From Octopus sinensis (taxonomy: Eukaryota): a stretch of DNA of 64,000 nt. The stretch lies in the NCBI RefSeq assembly GCF_006345805.1, contig NC_043002.1, positions 35,650,001 to 35,714,000 of the forward strand, in the 5' to 3' direction. Below, in pieces: positions 12,917 through 27,099 of the stretch. Under the pieces are notes generated by a model. The model saw nothing but the letters and a program-made list of their open reading frames with translations. It had not been told where the DNA came from and ran no database searches. Within the stretch, counting starts at the first letter, position 1. Every line of letters starts with the position of its first letter. The position numbers and the translations under genes are program-made.

Positions 12917-13125
12917 ATATGTTTGTGTATCTGTGTTTGTCCTCCTAGCGTTGCTTGACAAGCGATGCTGGTGTGTTTATGTCCCCGTCACTTAGCGGTT
13001 CGGCAATAGAAACCGATAGAATAAGTACTGGGCTTACAAAGAATAAGTCCCGGGGTCGATCTGCTCGACTAAAGGCGGTGCTCCAGCATGGCCGCAGTCA
13101 AATGACTGAAACAAGTAAAAGAGAG
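12655..13125 (+). mobile_element. tRNA-derived SINE family A split by an internal (TA)n expansion
   Basis: Head gctgtgtggtaagtagc...ggttccggtttcagtccc, CORE-like cttgggcaagtgtctt, (TA)n 12815-12905, then the 3' half. Confidence 0.85.
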
Positions 13126-13143
13126 AAAGAGAGAATATATATA

Positions 13144-13205
<62 letters not shown>

Positions 13206-13209
13206 ATAT

Positions 13210-13258
<49 letters not shown>

Positions 13259-13287
13259 GTATGTATGTATGTATGTATGTATGTATA

Positions 13288-13318
<31 letters not shown>

Positions 13319-13759
13319 CTGCGTCTGTGTGGGTGTGCACTGGTGCGTGTGCGTGCGTGTATATACATTCAAGTCCAGACACCTATTTTGGGGATAGTAC
13401 GAATTAAATGGCAATAATTCAAAGAAATAAGGTATAAGGAATAACCAATGAGCTATACTTCACACATGCATACAAACCTAGTTGAATGATTGAGTGACCC
13501 TACGAGTAATCAGATAATCGATTAGTTAATTGGTTAACGGTTTAACTAATTGATTAATAATGATAAAAGAACTGAAAGAGAACCCGTGCGTGTGTTTAAT
13601 GTTGGTACAATGACCCACCCGATCAGTGTGTGTGTGTGTGTGTGTGTGTGAATTTTACAAGTTGTTTGGCAAAAGTAGTATAAAAGTGAATTGCTCGGAA
13701 GGCCCACAAATCAGAAGTATTGCGACTCAACATAGAGCAGGGAACTGAAATGCAATTAT

Positions 13760-14050
13760 CGAAATATAGAGTCTTGTTCCCTAAAAAGCAAATGCCTAGA
13801 GAAAAGTATTATATACCAGCAACAAATACAAAGGGATTACAGAGCACTCCTTCAAGTGTTACTGCACCAGCACATTGGTTTGTTCCTTGATTGCACTTGG
13901 AAAACGTAGGTGCACTTTCAAAGCGCATCTGGAAATCGAGAGATAAAAGCATTTCATTGGCAGCTTTAGATAAAGCATAGGCGTTTAAGAACAGATCAGA
14001 GTCCTACAACCTCTGTCTCAGAGAGAAACTCTTTATATTATTCCATAAAA
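13760..14050 (+). mobile_element. Degenerate PLE GIY-YIG C-terminal remnant
   Basis: Encodes SYNLCLREKLFI, matching the CxLCLxEKxxI motif of PLE endonucleases. Confidence 0.55.
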
Positions 14051-14869
14051 TCAAAACAAAACTACATGCAATTTGCTGACACATTCGTAAATTAATTCTT
14101 GAGAATTTCAATAACTTTTCTCTCATTCTGATGCAAGATGGACGATAAGCGACGTCCAGCCTGGGGCGTGTGCGGCGAACTGACAGAAATGAAATTGCGA
14201 CTCAGATGCATACATGCTGAGGTATACATACATACATACATACATACACACACACATACATACATACATACACTATATATTTGGAACTAAGTTCAAATCA
14301 TTTGAGGACTACTAAGTGTTTTCTATATTGAGCATTTCTGATTTCATCTGCTGATTCTCTCTCTCTCGCTATATATATATATATATATATGCATGTATGT
14401 ATTGGTTTAATTTGGTTCTCATTCAAGAACCAGCAAAAGCGTGACAGTATGATAGAATGATGCCCAAGATCGTGCAAAATACTGGTGACATCCGAGAAGT
14501 AACTTTTACTTAATATACAATGTGGAAGCATATATGAACGTAATACTGTGTACACAGCGTAAAGATTGTACCTAGAGGACGCAGTGGGAGATCTGGCAGA
14601 TTGACAGAGAACCAAGATAGTTGCAGTGGAGTAGAAGTAGTTGCCATGCTTTTGAAGTAATGTCCTTCAACTTCTCAGATGATTCACTAAATATAGTTGT
14701 TGTGGTTATTTAGCTCCAAATGAGGACGGCAGATTGAATAAATATTTAGAGCGTTGGACAAAACTGTTTGCGGTAGTTCTAGTTTTTATATTCTGAGTTC
14801 AAACCTCACCGAGGTCAAATTTGCCTTTCAGTCTTCCGGGGTCGATAAAATAAAATACCAGTCATATGC

Positions 14870-15215
14870 ACAGGCGTAGCAGTGTGGTTAAGAAACTTGC
14901 TTCTTAATCGTGTGGATTTGGGCTCAGTCCCACAGCGTTGCATGTTGGGTGTCTTATACTCTAGACCCGGGCCGACCAAAGCGTTGCGAGTGGATTTGGA
15001 AGACAGAAACTGAAAGCTGTGTGTGTGTTCCCAATCACCGCTCGACAACCGGTATTGTTTTGTTTACGTCTCCGTATCTTAGCGGTTCGGCAAAAGAGAG
15101 CGACAGAATAAGTACCAGGCTTAAAAAAATAAGTACTGGAGTCGATTTGTCAGACAAAAGTCTTCAAAGTGGTGCCCCAGCATGGTCACAATCCAGTGAC
15201 TGAAACAAGTAAAAA
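14870..15215 (+). mobile_element. tRNA-derived SINE family A, near full length
   Basis: Head, CORE-like and 3' segments colinear with 12655-13125. Confidence 0.8.
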
Positions 15216-15619
15216 GTAAAAGATAAAAGTCAAATATTGATGTTGATGTTCCCTGCTCGTGAATTTTCTGGTTTTGTGCCTCAACGAAATTTCCGTTCAG
15301 CTCCAATTCAACCCTGATAGATCTATAAACAGATCATACAGGGTTGAGTAAACAGATCTACGAACAAAGACGTGTGTAGGCCTGAATTTTCCCAATGTGT
15401 CATTCTTTACGATGAAAAGGTATAATTTGAGGGAGATTTGTCTACTATTTCTTACAAGTCGAGTGATAGAGTATAGTGTGTATTTCATCGATTCATTACT
15501 AAAAATGGCTATCCTCTGCTTCTTAGCTGGCTGCAGTGAATGTACATTCAAAATGAATGGTACAAAAAAGAAAACATACATGTGAGCATTGTAATGAGAA
15601 TATATTGCAAAAATATAGA

Positions 15620-16030
15620 TGTAACGTGAAAGGTTAACTCTTAAAGTTTCTACTGACAGTCACAAATGTTCAATGTGAGTGTCACTTGCCACACAGCGGA
15701 CATGTACACGGTAGTCTAGTTCTTTCCACACACGTGCCCAGCATAGTCTGGTCAGGTGAGTTGACCGCGTCGCCGATCTGCTGTTTTAACTCTTGTAAGT
15801 CTTATGGAACACCTTGTCTTTCAGATATTCCTAAAGGAAAAGTTGCAAGGCGTTAGGTCGGGGGACAAACCATCAATGCCAAATCATGCCAGCACGGCCA
15901 GTCCAGAGTTCTGGAAGATGCGTACGCGTCACTGCCAACTTGGTGGGGCCCCGTCACTGCCAACTTGGCGGGGCCCCGTTCCAACCGGGGTAACAATCAA
16001 ATGGACAGCATTGTACAATTCAGTTTGAGT
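15620..16030 (-). mobile_element. Tc1/mariner-superfamily transposase C-terminal remnant
   Basis: rc encodes QDGAP-like and P.SPDLTPCNF motifs with frameshifts. Confidence 0.65.
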
Positions 16031-18209
16031 TACCCTATAAAATAGTTCGATTATGAAGTATGTAGGGAAAATATCAGAATTGTTTTGTTTTAACCCAGGT
16101 CAAAAAGCATTCCAGCTATAAGCATCCTATCGTTTTTAAACATTTCAGTCCCTTCCAATATTTCAAGGGTTTCTAATAAATTATCCATGTGTCCTTTGCT
16201 TTCTTAAGATAGTATGTTGTAATTTAAAGTACATTGACTGCTGTTTCTAGTATGTCGAACGATGATATTGGGATCTCCTTTCTCAGTTCGATACTTAGGG
16301 GATAAATGGAAAAGGGGACACTTGTGACAGTTACCTTTTAAGAAGGGCAACGAATAGAGGAAATAGAAAATGTTTTGAAAGCGTGAGAGGTAGAAAAATT
16401 GGGTAACAATTTACCAGCGCATGAATGGGCGTATATGTATTTGAATGTGAGCGTGTGTGTGTGTGTGTGTGTGTCTGTATGCGTGTGTGTGCGTATGCGT
16501 TTGTATGTGTGTGCGTGTGTATGTGTATGTGTATGTGTGTGTGTGGTTTGGTGTGGGTATTGGAGCGAGTGCGCATGTATGTACGTGTGTGAGTCACAGT
16601 GGCACTTGTTCAGGAAATTTACGACGTAAAAAGACAAGCTGTTTCTGATAAACGCAAATTATAGGCCAAATTACAATAGTTTTCTTTAAGATGTGGCTAT
16701 ACAGTAGAAAGTAGGAAACATGAAAGCTTGGCAAGATAAAAGCATAAAAGACATTTGGTATGTTCAACAGTGAGCGTAAGCGTGTGTGCGGACAAGACAA
16801 TATGCATTTCATATCGCATTTGTTACAAGCAGCGTGACGTAAACTCGCTTTTTATTTCAGTCTGCCTCAAATCTATCTTAAACTAGCGCGCGATCAAATT
16901 GTATGTAGAGGGTTTCAGTGATTTCCAAATTATTGACTTTATTTTCTTAACGTCTTATCTTTCAATTCCAAATAGTGTCAAGAGGATGCATCAGCAATGT
17001 TGTGAGAACTTATTTTACTTATTTACTTATTTTTTTACTTAAACCCTTTGAACCGTCGATTACTTTTCTTCACTGTTATCGATTCTAGGCTGTTTTTCCA
17101 TGAGAGAAGGCCTTCCTCTTCCAGGTCTTGTTGATTTAGAATTATCATTGCTGCTTCTGTAACTTTGCTTTTTTCTTTTTCTAGACAAGGGTGTTCTCCC
17201 TACGCAAACCCATTTTTACCTTTGGGGAGAAACGAGCCGTCATAGTCTTGCCTCTATCCTTTGATCTGTCTAACATAGGAGGCTTTTGCAAGAGATTGTG
17301 CCCCGCTAGCATAGATCTTAGGGCCATTGAGGTGTACAAGCTACCGCACTACAACAAGGACTGGACCTTGTGGTGGACAAAATGCCTTTCAGTATTTGCT
17401 TTCTGCACTCTGAGTTCAAATCCACAGAAACGAACAACAACAATGGCGATGAACAATATACTTGTTTGTATGGACTATGCCAGTTCTTACTAGGTTCTCA
17501 AATACCTTCATTACAAACCACCTCGGACAAAATATATAAAAACAAACCCCCGAAACAACACAAAACCGCGCACTTCACATCTTTACAAGTCTAACTGAAA
17601 CCAGATGCACTTGATCATTAACAAAACGAAAAAATAATTACTTAAACAGAAAGACTAACACTGGAAGACTAACATGGGATGTAGGATGCATAGTTTCCGT
17701 AACAAATTGAATCAAGTCAGAGCCTGAAACTACACGAAAATACGTTTCCAAACACCTTGAAGCATATACATAATTACTGCGGTGGTAGTGATTTGTTTTG
17801 AGTAAAAGGTTCAACGTCCTACAGACACCTGTACCATGATTCTCTGGAAGAATCAACATGGCACAGTATATGTGAGACAATGCTACATCTCATATGACCA
17901 TCACTGTATGTCAGAGTGTGTAGTTGGGTCCTCAACAAGGCGAAGGTATGTTGGTGAAGCCAAGTCGCTCGCTGATTGGCAACGATCAGAGCTGGCCTGT
18001 GGCTATACAGCATCAACAAAATTTGATATACACGATATACATGAGTCAACGAGGAAGACTCTACATCAGCACAAATTAATTCATTCTTTTTCCTGTTCCT
18101 CTAAGTCAGCTACGCTATTTTTCCTTGTAGAGTAAAAGTGAGTAAAAGGTGAAATACATCATGCCGAAGGGTTGAATGACAACAAAGATTAAGAATCATT
18201 GTTTTACGT

Positions 18210-20903
18210 CAGGCATGGGCAACCTTTTTCCATGTGCAGGCCGGATTAAGTTTTCTCATCAAAGTCGCGGGCCAGAGCCCTAATTATAGACTTACAAAAT
18301 ATGTATACAAGTGCTTATACAAGTATTTGCTTTTATAATATAAAAAGGATATTAAAATAAGGGTAAGAACATAACAATTTATTAATATGAAACAAATGTA
18401 CTTGGATCAGTAAAATAATTTATTCATTCTCAAAGGAAGAAAATAGCCATGAAACAGTATTCTAATGGGATATTTGGGGTTGATGTTTCTTCACCAACAT
18501 CTCGATGTCTGAAGAAATACTAGAGGTGGCTACTCACAAGTTATTTTTAAGATGATTATCAGTTATTCTTGATCTTGCTTTGGATTTAGTAGATTTCATT
18601 TTTGAGAATAGCTGCTCACATTTATTTGTGCTCCCAGAGTGACATTTTCTTTCTAGCAAAATCCACGATCAAGGGAATTTTTTCTCTAGGTAGGCTTTTA
18701 TTAATCTCTATAGTGATTGATCTTTCATTTCCCGTTTTAAATCATCATTTCCTTGGAGTTCGATTAAATCCATCTGTAATTCCTCGGGAGCCTGGTTAAC
18801 ATTGACATCAAAAGGTTAAGAAAATATACCTAGATTTGTTTCTTGTGATCTGAAATCTTGAAATCTATTACTGAATTTTTCGTTGATCAATTTTACCTCA
18901 TCTGCATAAGAAGTGCAATCGATTTTGCCATGAATTGCCAATGTTGGGAAATGAAATGTATTACAATTTCTGAGCAGTCGTTTCCACAGTTGCATTTTGT
19001 TTTGAATTGTTTTGGTATGACTGTACGACTGATGAATAAATTGGCCTTCTTGCAATTTCAAATTAAGGTCATTAAGATATGAAATAAAATCAACAAGAAA
19101 AGCAAGCTCACATATTCAGCCATCATCACTCAATTCAGACATAGACTTTCCTTTCATTTCTAAGAATGTAAAAATTTCACTCCTCAGATCATAAAATCGT
19201 TTCAACATTTTTCCTTTGCTCAACCATCGCACCTCACAATAGTAAGCCAAATCTCCATACTCTGCCTCAATATCCTCAAGAAATTCTTTAAACTGGCGGT
19301 GGTTCAAAGCCCGAGATTTTATAAAAATTATACTCAAAACAATCTTGGACATGATATATTCAAATTTGAGTGACTTGGCGCACAAATTCTCCTGGTGAAT
19401 TATGCAATAAAAAATGGATAAATCTTTTGTGTCTATATTCATAGAAGCCAATTCCGAGCTGATTTTAGAAACTAAGCCTGCTTTACTACCAATCATAACA
19501 GGAACACCATCTGTTGATAAATCATGAAAGTTTTTGAAATGTAGATTAAATCTGGCCATTAACATTTTCAATTCTTGAAAAATACCCTCCCCAGTGGTAG
19601 TATCTTTCATTCCCCGAAGACCAAGCATTTCTTCTGTGATATTTAAATCTTCATCAATTCTACGTACAAAAACCCCAACACGTTGAGCTATATTTGACAC
19701 GTCAGTGCTCTCATCAATAGTTAAGGAAAAATATTTAAACTGCAAATAAAGTCTTTTCAAACCTAATTCTACATTAGTTGCAAGTTCATCAATCCGTCTT
19801 GTTACAGTTCTACAAGATAAACTAATATTATCAATTTCTTTTCTTTTCTTTTTTTTTACCTGAACAAAAAATTTCAGCTACTGCTTGTAGGCATTCTTTT
19901 ACAAATTCACCATCGGAATAATTTTTCGAATGTTTTGCAATTTTCTCGCTAATGGTGTAACTAGCATAAATAATATTTTCGGTATCTTCACGTCTCTTGA
20001 CAAAAATTGTCTGCCGCTCTTTCAAATCTTTTATTAAAATTTCAACTTTTTATTTCCTGCATTGACCTTGAAAACTTTTATAATGAGATGAGTGCTTGGA
20101 GATATAGGATCTTTTTACATTATATTCTTTAATGACAGAAACTGATTCTGAGCAGAGTAAACACATTGGTTTGTCTTTGATTTGTATGAAATAATAATCA
20201 TTGGTCCACTTTTCTTGGTACACTCGGGATTCGTTATCCACTTTTCTATTTTTTGATGACGACATTTTAGGTTTGGATAATTCGAGGAAAAATAGTGGTG
20301 ATAAATAACGGAGCATATATTGGAATGTGAAATATAAACTTTATATAAGGAAAATCCATACTTGATCAGAGGAATAAGAATGAAGCGGTATGTTGTGTAT
20401 GGCTGATATTCTCGATAGTCAGTTGTTTGGATAAATGTATTTGAGTTGAGTTATTTCTGGTCTTTGCATATTAGCAAATTAATAGGCTTAGAATGTCTTG
20501 AGTTGGTAGCTTGATCGTTCACTAAACTGGTTCTTGGTTTTGAGAGAATTTCAGTGAGTGCGTGAATGACATGTTGATCATTCGATAGTGTCGAGAAGAG
20601 ACAACCTTACGGATTGAAAGTTAGCAACTTACTAACTAATAGGGTTTACGATTAGTTTCATTTTATTACTGAGGTTTCCTGTCTCTTTTTCGGGGAAACA
20701 TGAGTTTCACTTTCTCTATTTACCCCTTTCACTTTTCCCAGAATCTTTTTACTAAAGTGCAGTCCACAAAAGCTTGTTTCGTTTTTGCCTATTTACTCTA
20801 CGAGTCGGCCAGACTAGAAAATTAACCACCTCACGGCCATACTGCTACAGGACTCCACTGGCCAGAAAAAATGGTTTCGCGGTCCATGGGTTGCCCATGC
20901 CTG
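18210..20903 (-). mobile_element. Near full-length hAT transposon (Charlie/SPIN/GTF2IRD2-like transposase), disrupted
   Basis: 15-bp TIRs caggcatgggcaacc / ggttgcccatgcctg; 8-bp flanks ttttacgt / ctttatgt (6/8). ORFs with KRKVDNESRVYQEKW, CLLC..V..KEYNVKR, SLTIDESTD, IIHQENLC, YCEVRWLSKGKML. Confidence 0.92.
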
Positions 20904-21431
20904 CTTTATGTGATTATTCGACGTGCTAAAAATAAAAGCCAAGTCAAGCTCTGCGCAGATTTCAATTGGTGCTACAAAAACTGAATATTTTTCTGAGATA
21001 AGTTTGTATCGGTGTTCCTTCCTTCCTTCCTTCCTTGCTGCCTGCCTTCTTTCTTTCCTTCTTTCTTTCTTTTTTCTGTCTTTCTTTCTGTCTTTCTTTC
21101 TCTCTTTCTCTCTTTCTCAGCTATTTTCTTCATCTTGAATGCATTGTTGACACAACCTTTCTGTCTAATTGACTAAAGGTGATGATCGTGAGTTAGGCTA
21201 GGACTCTAATCTGGATCCTTTATTTTACAAAGCCGACCCAACTGGTAAAATAAAGGTTCTAGATTAAAATGAGGTCTAGATCAAATACATCACCTGAAAA
21301 CAGTTGGAGAGAAAACCGAATTAAATACTTACTAAACGGAAAATAAACCGTGTAAGACAGTCAACATCGTTACATTTTCACACACACACATGCACATACA
21401 CCATATGCACGCGCGCGCGCACTCACACATA

Positions 21432-21462
<31 letters not shown>

Positions 21463-21544
21463 CATGCTCTCTTACTATTAGCTGTTCTTTTTAAAAATTT
21501 TCCTTTGTAAGAAGGAGAAAAAGAGAAACCTCGAGGAAGTGTTC

Positions 21545-21760
<216 letters not shown>

Positions 21761-22439
21761 CTGTCTATCGTATGTATGTATGTATTTGTACATATATGTA
21801 CACATACACACATATTAATCAGAAATATAAAGCGACTATGACTTAAAAGTTACAGTCACTGTTTTTGTCTACCCTACACACACGCACATATACATGCATA
21901 CATACATACATGCATACATACATACATACATACATACATACATACATACATCATACATACATACATACATACATCATACATACATACATACATACATAGA
22001 ATAAACGTGAATTGTTATAACAACACTGTATAATTATCAAAGAAATAGGAAAAGCTCAGTTAAATACATTAATTCTGATGATAAAAAATTAAAACTGTTG
22101 AAAGCAAAACAAATGCTAACAAAAAAAAAACTAAGAATTTATGAGAAGTCTGTATTAAGTTCAATGGTTTCTCTCAACAAAATATAGAACAAATTATACT
22201 AAAAAGTGTTACTCGTCATATGTCGAGGAACTTTGGCAGTATACTTTTGCTACAATGAATAAATCAGGAAATAAGGTACACGTATACATAAAACCTTTAG
22301 ATCATAATTTACCTTAGATCAAAATTATCATTCTGTTTACCTTCGTTTTTATTTTAGTTTTAATCTCCGTTGCTTTTCTTGTCTAGTTTTCCTCGTTTTA
22401 TAGTTTCATGAAACAATTAATTGCCGAGAACTTTACAAA

Positions 22440-22982
22440 TGTACTTAACTGACGTTTACTTAATGTTATCATTCGATAATATGGTCCAACTGAGTTGTGC
22501 TTGCAATAGTTGCATGCTGTTTACGCGAAGGAGTGCACGGTTGAGCCACGACTATTGATTCCAAACCGAAATATTGCATGACAATGTTATTTTTAAGCGC
22601 TTCCTTGCCAATCCCCCGCTCCCTTCTTTCATGTAGATTGCTCTCATGTGATGCTGATGAAAGCTCCCACAGGCTTAATTTATCACATAGATGTAGTTCC
22701 TGTGTCTGCTGATTGTTCAGCGTGGTAACAAAGGAGAGTATATCCACTGAGAGCATTTTGGTGCATTCAAAATTCACATACACCCACCACCTACTTTTCC
22801 ATTATTTGGAATCTTCCAAATAGATGCATGACATGTCATTTAGTCGAATTAGCCATTCATTTATTCCACAAATGTTTTGTCGTCAATGCTGCATTTCCCC
22901 GTATCACATGTTTCAATTTAACTGTACCATATATGCAAGCTATACCATTTAAATCTCGAGCAACGCCGGGTATGTCTGCTAG
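22440..22982 (+). mobile_element. Helitron 3' portion
   Basis: Ends ctcgagcaacgccgggtatgtctgCTAG|t (GC hairpin plus CTAG), like 42633; 5' boundary uncertain. Confidence 0.7.
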
Positions 22983-23699
22983 TAATATATTAAAATACTG
23001 ACCTAAATAACGGCAAAGAATATTTATCTCAATTTAGATAGAGGGTAGTCCCTCGAAGGGGAGTAGAAAGGTTGCAGTAAGTGAACCTATAGTTTCCAAA
23101 CCCAACTTCCGACAGGTAAGCATTCCAAAAAGATTAAAAGAAGACGAAAACAAATTAGTGTCTGCGTGTTTAATGGTCAAACTGCTTAGAACTAATTCAG
23201 CGGTGAGAAAAACATGATATTAAACAATGACTTATATCATGTTAATTATTCAAGCACGAATGAAAGACAACCCTAGTCATGTTTCGGTCTTATTAGGTCT
23301 CCTTATTGATGTATAGTTTTTCACCATACTTGTCCCAATAGTTACCCATGACTCTACCCGCATAACAAAATAGTTTAATTAGTGTTTCAATTTTTAAGGG
23401 AGTGTGCAGCGAAAAATTAATTAGCGATAGCTATGTGGCTGATCAGTAATATCATTCTTATTATTCTAGCAAGTCTGGGACTGTTTCTGTCTAATTAAAT
23501 ATTTTCAGCATAGCGTAGACTCACTGCATTTGCGTATCTATAATACTAGACATTAACCAATATAGTCTTCCTCCCAATATAATTATTTCTAATAAGCCTT
23601 TAAATACTTCCTTCATGAATTGTATTAACATTAACTTGACTATTGGCTACAGAGATTGATTATCTGAGAAATATATAAAGCAATTTAATGTATGATAGG

Positions 23700-24904
23700 A
23701 TACTAAATAGCCTGGATGTCTCTCTATAACATGGAAGCGAGAATAGCGGAAATCATCAAGTGCTTGCAAGACGGATACAATCAGAAGTATAGAATTTAAC
23801 ATAGTGCTTTATTCAAGGGGATTCCATATCTCATCCTACTTCTTTTTGTAATGCTTGCACCCCTGAGCAAAGTTCAAGAAATAGAGACAATATAAGTGGT
23901 TATAAATTGAAAAAGAGATTAAAAATATATATTATATAGTGATGACTCGAACCTGTTTATTTCAAATAATCGGAATGTTCAGTAGAAGATAAGAATGGAA
24001 CTTTGGATAAAAAAAAAAAAAATGTTTCAGAGCTACACACTGAAAAATGATAAAAGAGAGGAAAATAGAACATCTGTATTTACTTCAAAGAAGTGGATGA
24101 GCCATTAAGGGAATTTCATATTAGAGAGCCAAGTAACATAAAAATACTTGTAAATGCCGGAGATGGATCAAATCCAATGAAAGATATAAAAAAAGAATAC
24201 TTTTGGCGTATAAAGTTATTGTGAAGAATTAAATGCCAAAAACACACACACATACACACGCACACAGACACGAACACACACACACACACACACACACACA
24301 TATGTACGTACATAAGTAATAATGTCCATTGCTATGCTCGCACTGCTCTACTGCGTTAATACTATTAGTTGGAAGATAAATGATATCTTAAGATTGTATA
24401 CAAATACTAGGAAACTCTTCACTCTTTTGTATACGGAGTATACAAGTCAAAGTCAGATGTCCATCGGCTTTACATAAGCAGATAATTAGGAGGCAGAAGG
24501 ATTAGTGCCAATAAAATAAATACGATGTCAGAGCTACAATGATTTGATTGAAAGTATATCACCGATGAAACAACTAAAAAAAGAAAATGACTGCTGCAAA
24601 TAGTAGATAACCATATAAAAAAAATACAGGTGAGTAAGTTTCTGTCTTCAAAGACGCGATGAAAGTCCAAGTTGAAGTAAAGTTGGAGGGAATGGCACGA
24701 AGTAAATGCAGCGAAAGAAAATATAAAATAACAAGAAAAATATCACCAAGAACTGGAAAACGAGCAGGTGAAAAGGAAACTCCTTGAGAAATAAACACTT
24801 TCGTAGTTTTATTCTGCGGGAACATAGCCAATAGCCAAGATTAATTACAAACATCTGGTAAAAGAACACTCAAACTTAAAGGCAACAACAACAACAACAA
24901 CAAA

Positions 24905-24954
<50 letters not shown>

Positions 24955-25400
24955 TAGGTAAATTCATTAAAACCGAGAACATTAAAGTATATCCAGGCAC
25001 TGAAATTAGAGAATTAGAACAGAGCCAGTCATGCAAATACTGGTAAGATACAACATGTAAAGTGGAAAGGAAAATTTAAAAATTAGAACAACAGGAAAAT
25101 GAAACCAATATAAAACACTGAACTGTGCTAAAAAATAAAATAGTTGGTGTGAATATACTAACCAGTAGTACCATAAGCTATAGCTTCAACATGTTCAATC
25201 AGAAGTTGATTGAATCGATTAAGGCTGGAAAAACTAGAAAATTACTGATTGTTCCGAAGCTAACTCTCTAAAGCCAATATAGATAGGATATAACTACTTC
25301 GTAGATAGGAAGGACAGGCTTGTTGTAGATAGAGAGTTATTACTAAGTATGATAGTGATTGACTAGAAATATTTACAAGCATGTAAAGGGAAACTGATTG
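23700..25400 (+). mobile_element. Degenerate R4/Dong-like non-LTR retrotransposon RT region with insertions
   Basis: Decayed FQGDS.S..LF...LAPLS, LY.DD and K(A)NIDR(L)Y.R..GG.GL-like motifs. Confidence 0.6.
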
Positions 25401-25442
25401 CATACATAATGACATACGGAAGAAACAAAAATATTTTCCCCT

Positions 25443-26040
25443 TTATATAATCTTTTCTACTCTAGGCACAAGGCCCGAAATTTTGGGGGAGCGGGGGCCA
25501 GTCAATTAGATCGACTCCAGTACGCAACTGGTACTTAATTTATCGACTCCGAAAGGATGAAAGGCAAAGTCGACCTCGGCGGAATTTAAACTCACAACAT
25601 AAAGACAGACGAAATACCTATTTATTTACTGCCCACAAGGGGCTACACACAGAGGGGACGAACAAGGACAGTCAAACGGATTAAGTCGATTATATCGACC
25701 CCAGTGTGTAACTGGTACTTATTTAATCGACCCCGAAAGGATGAAAGGCAAAGTCGACCTCGGCGGAATTTGAACTCTGAACGTAGCGACAGACGAAATA
25801 CCTATTTCTTTACTACCCACAAGGGGCTAAACACAGAGGGGACAAACAAGGACAGACAAACGGATCAAGTGATTATATCGACCCCAGTGCGTAACTGGTA
25901 CTTATTTAATCGACTCCGAAAGGATGAAAGGCAAAGTTGACCTCGGCGGAATTTGAACTCAGAACGTAAAGACAAACGAAATACTGCTAAGCATTTTGCC
26001 CGGCGTACTAACGTTACTGCCAGATCGCCGCCTTTTTCTC
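25443..26040 (-). mobile_element. SINE family B with three head-to-tail ~180 bp internal units
   Basis: Repeated ccgaaaggatgaaaggcaaagtcgacctcggcggaatttgaactc; head rc at 26020-26035. Confidence 0.85.
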
Positions 26041-27099
26041 TTTATATAATGAAACAATCAAATTTTTCTATGATTTCGATCAGGAGGAAGGGGCTAGACT
26101 TCATAGGCTTTGGAGACGACGGAGATTGATGTAACTAATGTTCAGTTAAAATAGTCGACACCTGTGAGATTAAAAAAATGTGACTTAGAAGGGAATTCCA
26201 GAAGTTTCACATATGAGGAGGAAGTGTAGTAATTAGCGCTAGAACTAGTACACAAAATAGGTGACGAGAGGAATGGCAAAAGTGTCTAGAAGGAGATGGT
26301 ATGCAACTAGGTAGCTCTGTAAAGCATAGCCAAGTGTAGCATCAGTGCCAGATAGAAGACAATTTATGAAATGTTGCCTAACAAACTCATGGCTTTCTTC
26401 TGGATGGTCTACACTGTTTTTCGTGTGTCAGTAACACTGTTCTAGATGTAGAAGCAGTATTCCATTGTGGAAGTATTTTTGTCTCTAAAGATGAAAGCAA
26501 TTATTGTAATGTTATGTATATGGGATCACCTGGAATTATCGATGCTTGTCAGTGTGATAAATCCCAAAATTCACTGTTCATTTCGTATTGAGGAGACTTT
26601 GTCTTCAACAGCTGTATGAATGGGTCGTAGTATTTGAGATTGTGTAAGAGTTACTACTGTTGTTGGTGGTGGTGTCGTTCTCTTCCAAATTGCTTATTTG
26701 AGTATTTAGGACACTTATTTCAATTAATGGTTCACTATGCTGTTTAATTTTTGTCTTCCTGTTGTACATTTAGTTTTCAGTTTTGATTTGCGCTTTGTTT
26801 TTTCAGCCATTATAGCACTTTAATCGTATGGTATAATAATGCGTGGTAGCCGTTTTGGATGTAATAATGTAATGTGTAAATAAAATCTTAAAACTTTGTG
26901 AAATGAGCCTCTTTTTTCTCTTGTATCGAGAACAGTTGCCTTATGAAATTATGTTTTTTTTAATTCTTTTATTTAAAAAAAAATTTTTGACAGGTACATA
27001 GAAAATGTCATTTAGTAGTGCTTGAAATAAATTGAGTTTTGAAGGGAGAATCAAAATGATGTGTTTGCACTGCAGAAAAAAAAAAAAATAATAGTTTCC

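Noticed and set aside
17825-17945. Exon-like Cys-rich frame DTCTMILWKNQHGTVYVRQCYISYDHHCMSECVV with a good donor, superficially like a TGF-beta type II receptor or Ly6 ectodomain
   Set aside because: Other frames show decayed RTE motifs (ICETMLH, SWVL, EAKSL..W) and the acceptor is weak, so a LINE remnant is the simpler explanation; RNA-seq would settle it
25443-26040. Regularly spaced repeats resembling a CRISPR array
   Set aside because: Units are ~180 bp SINE bodies without unique spacers; eukaryotic context
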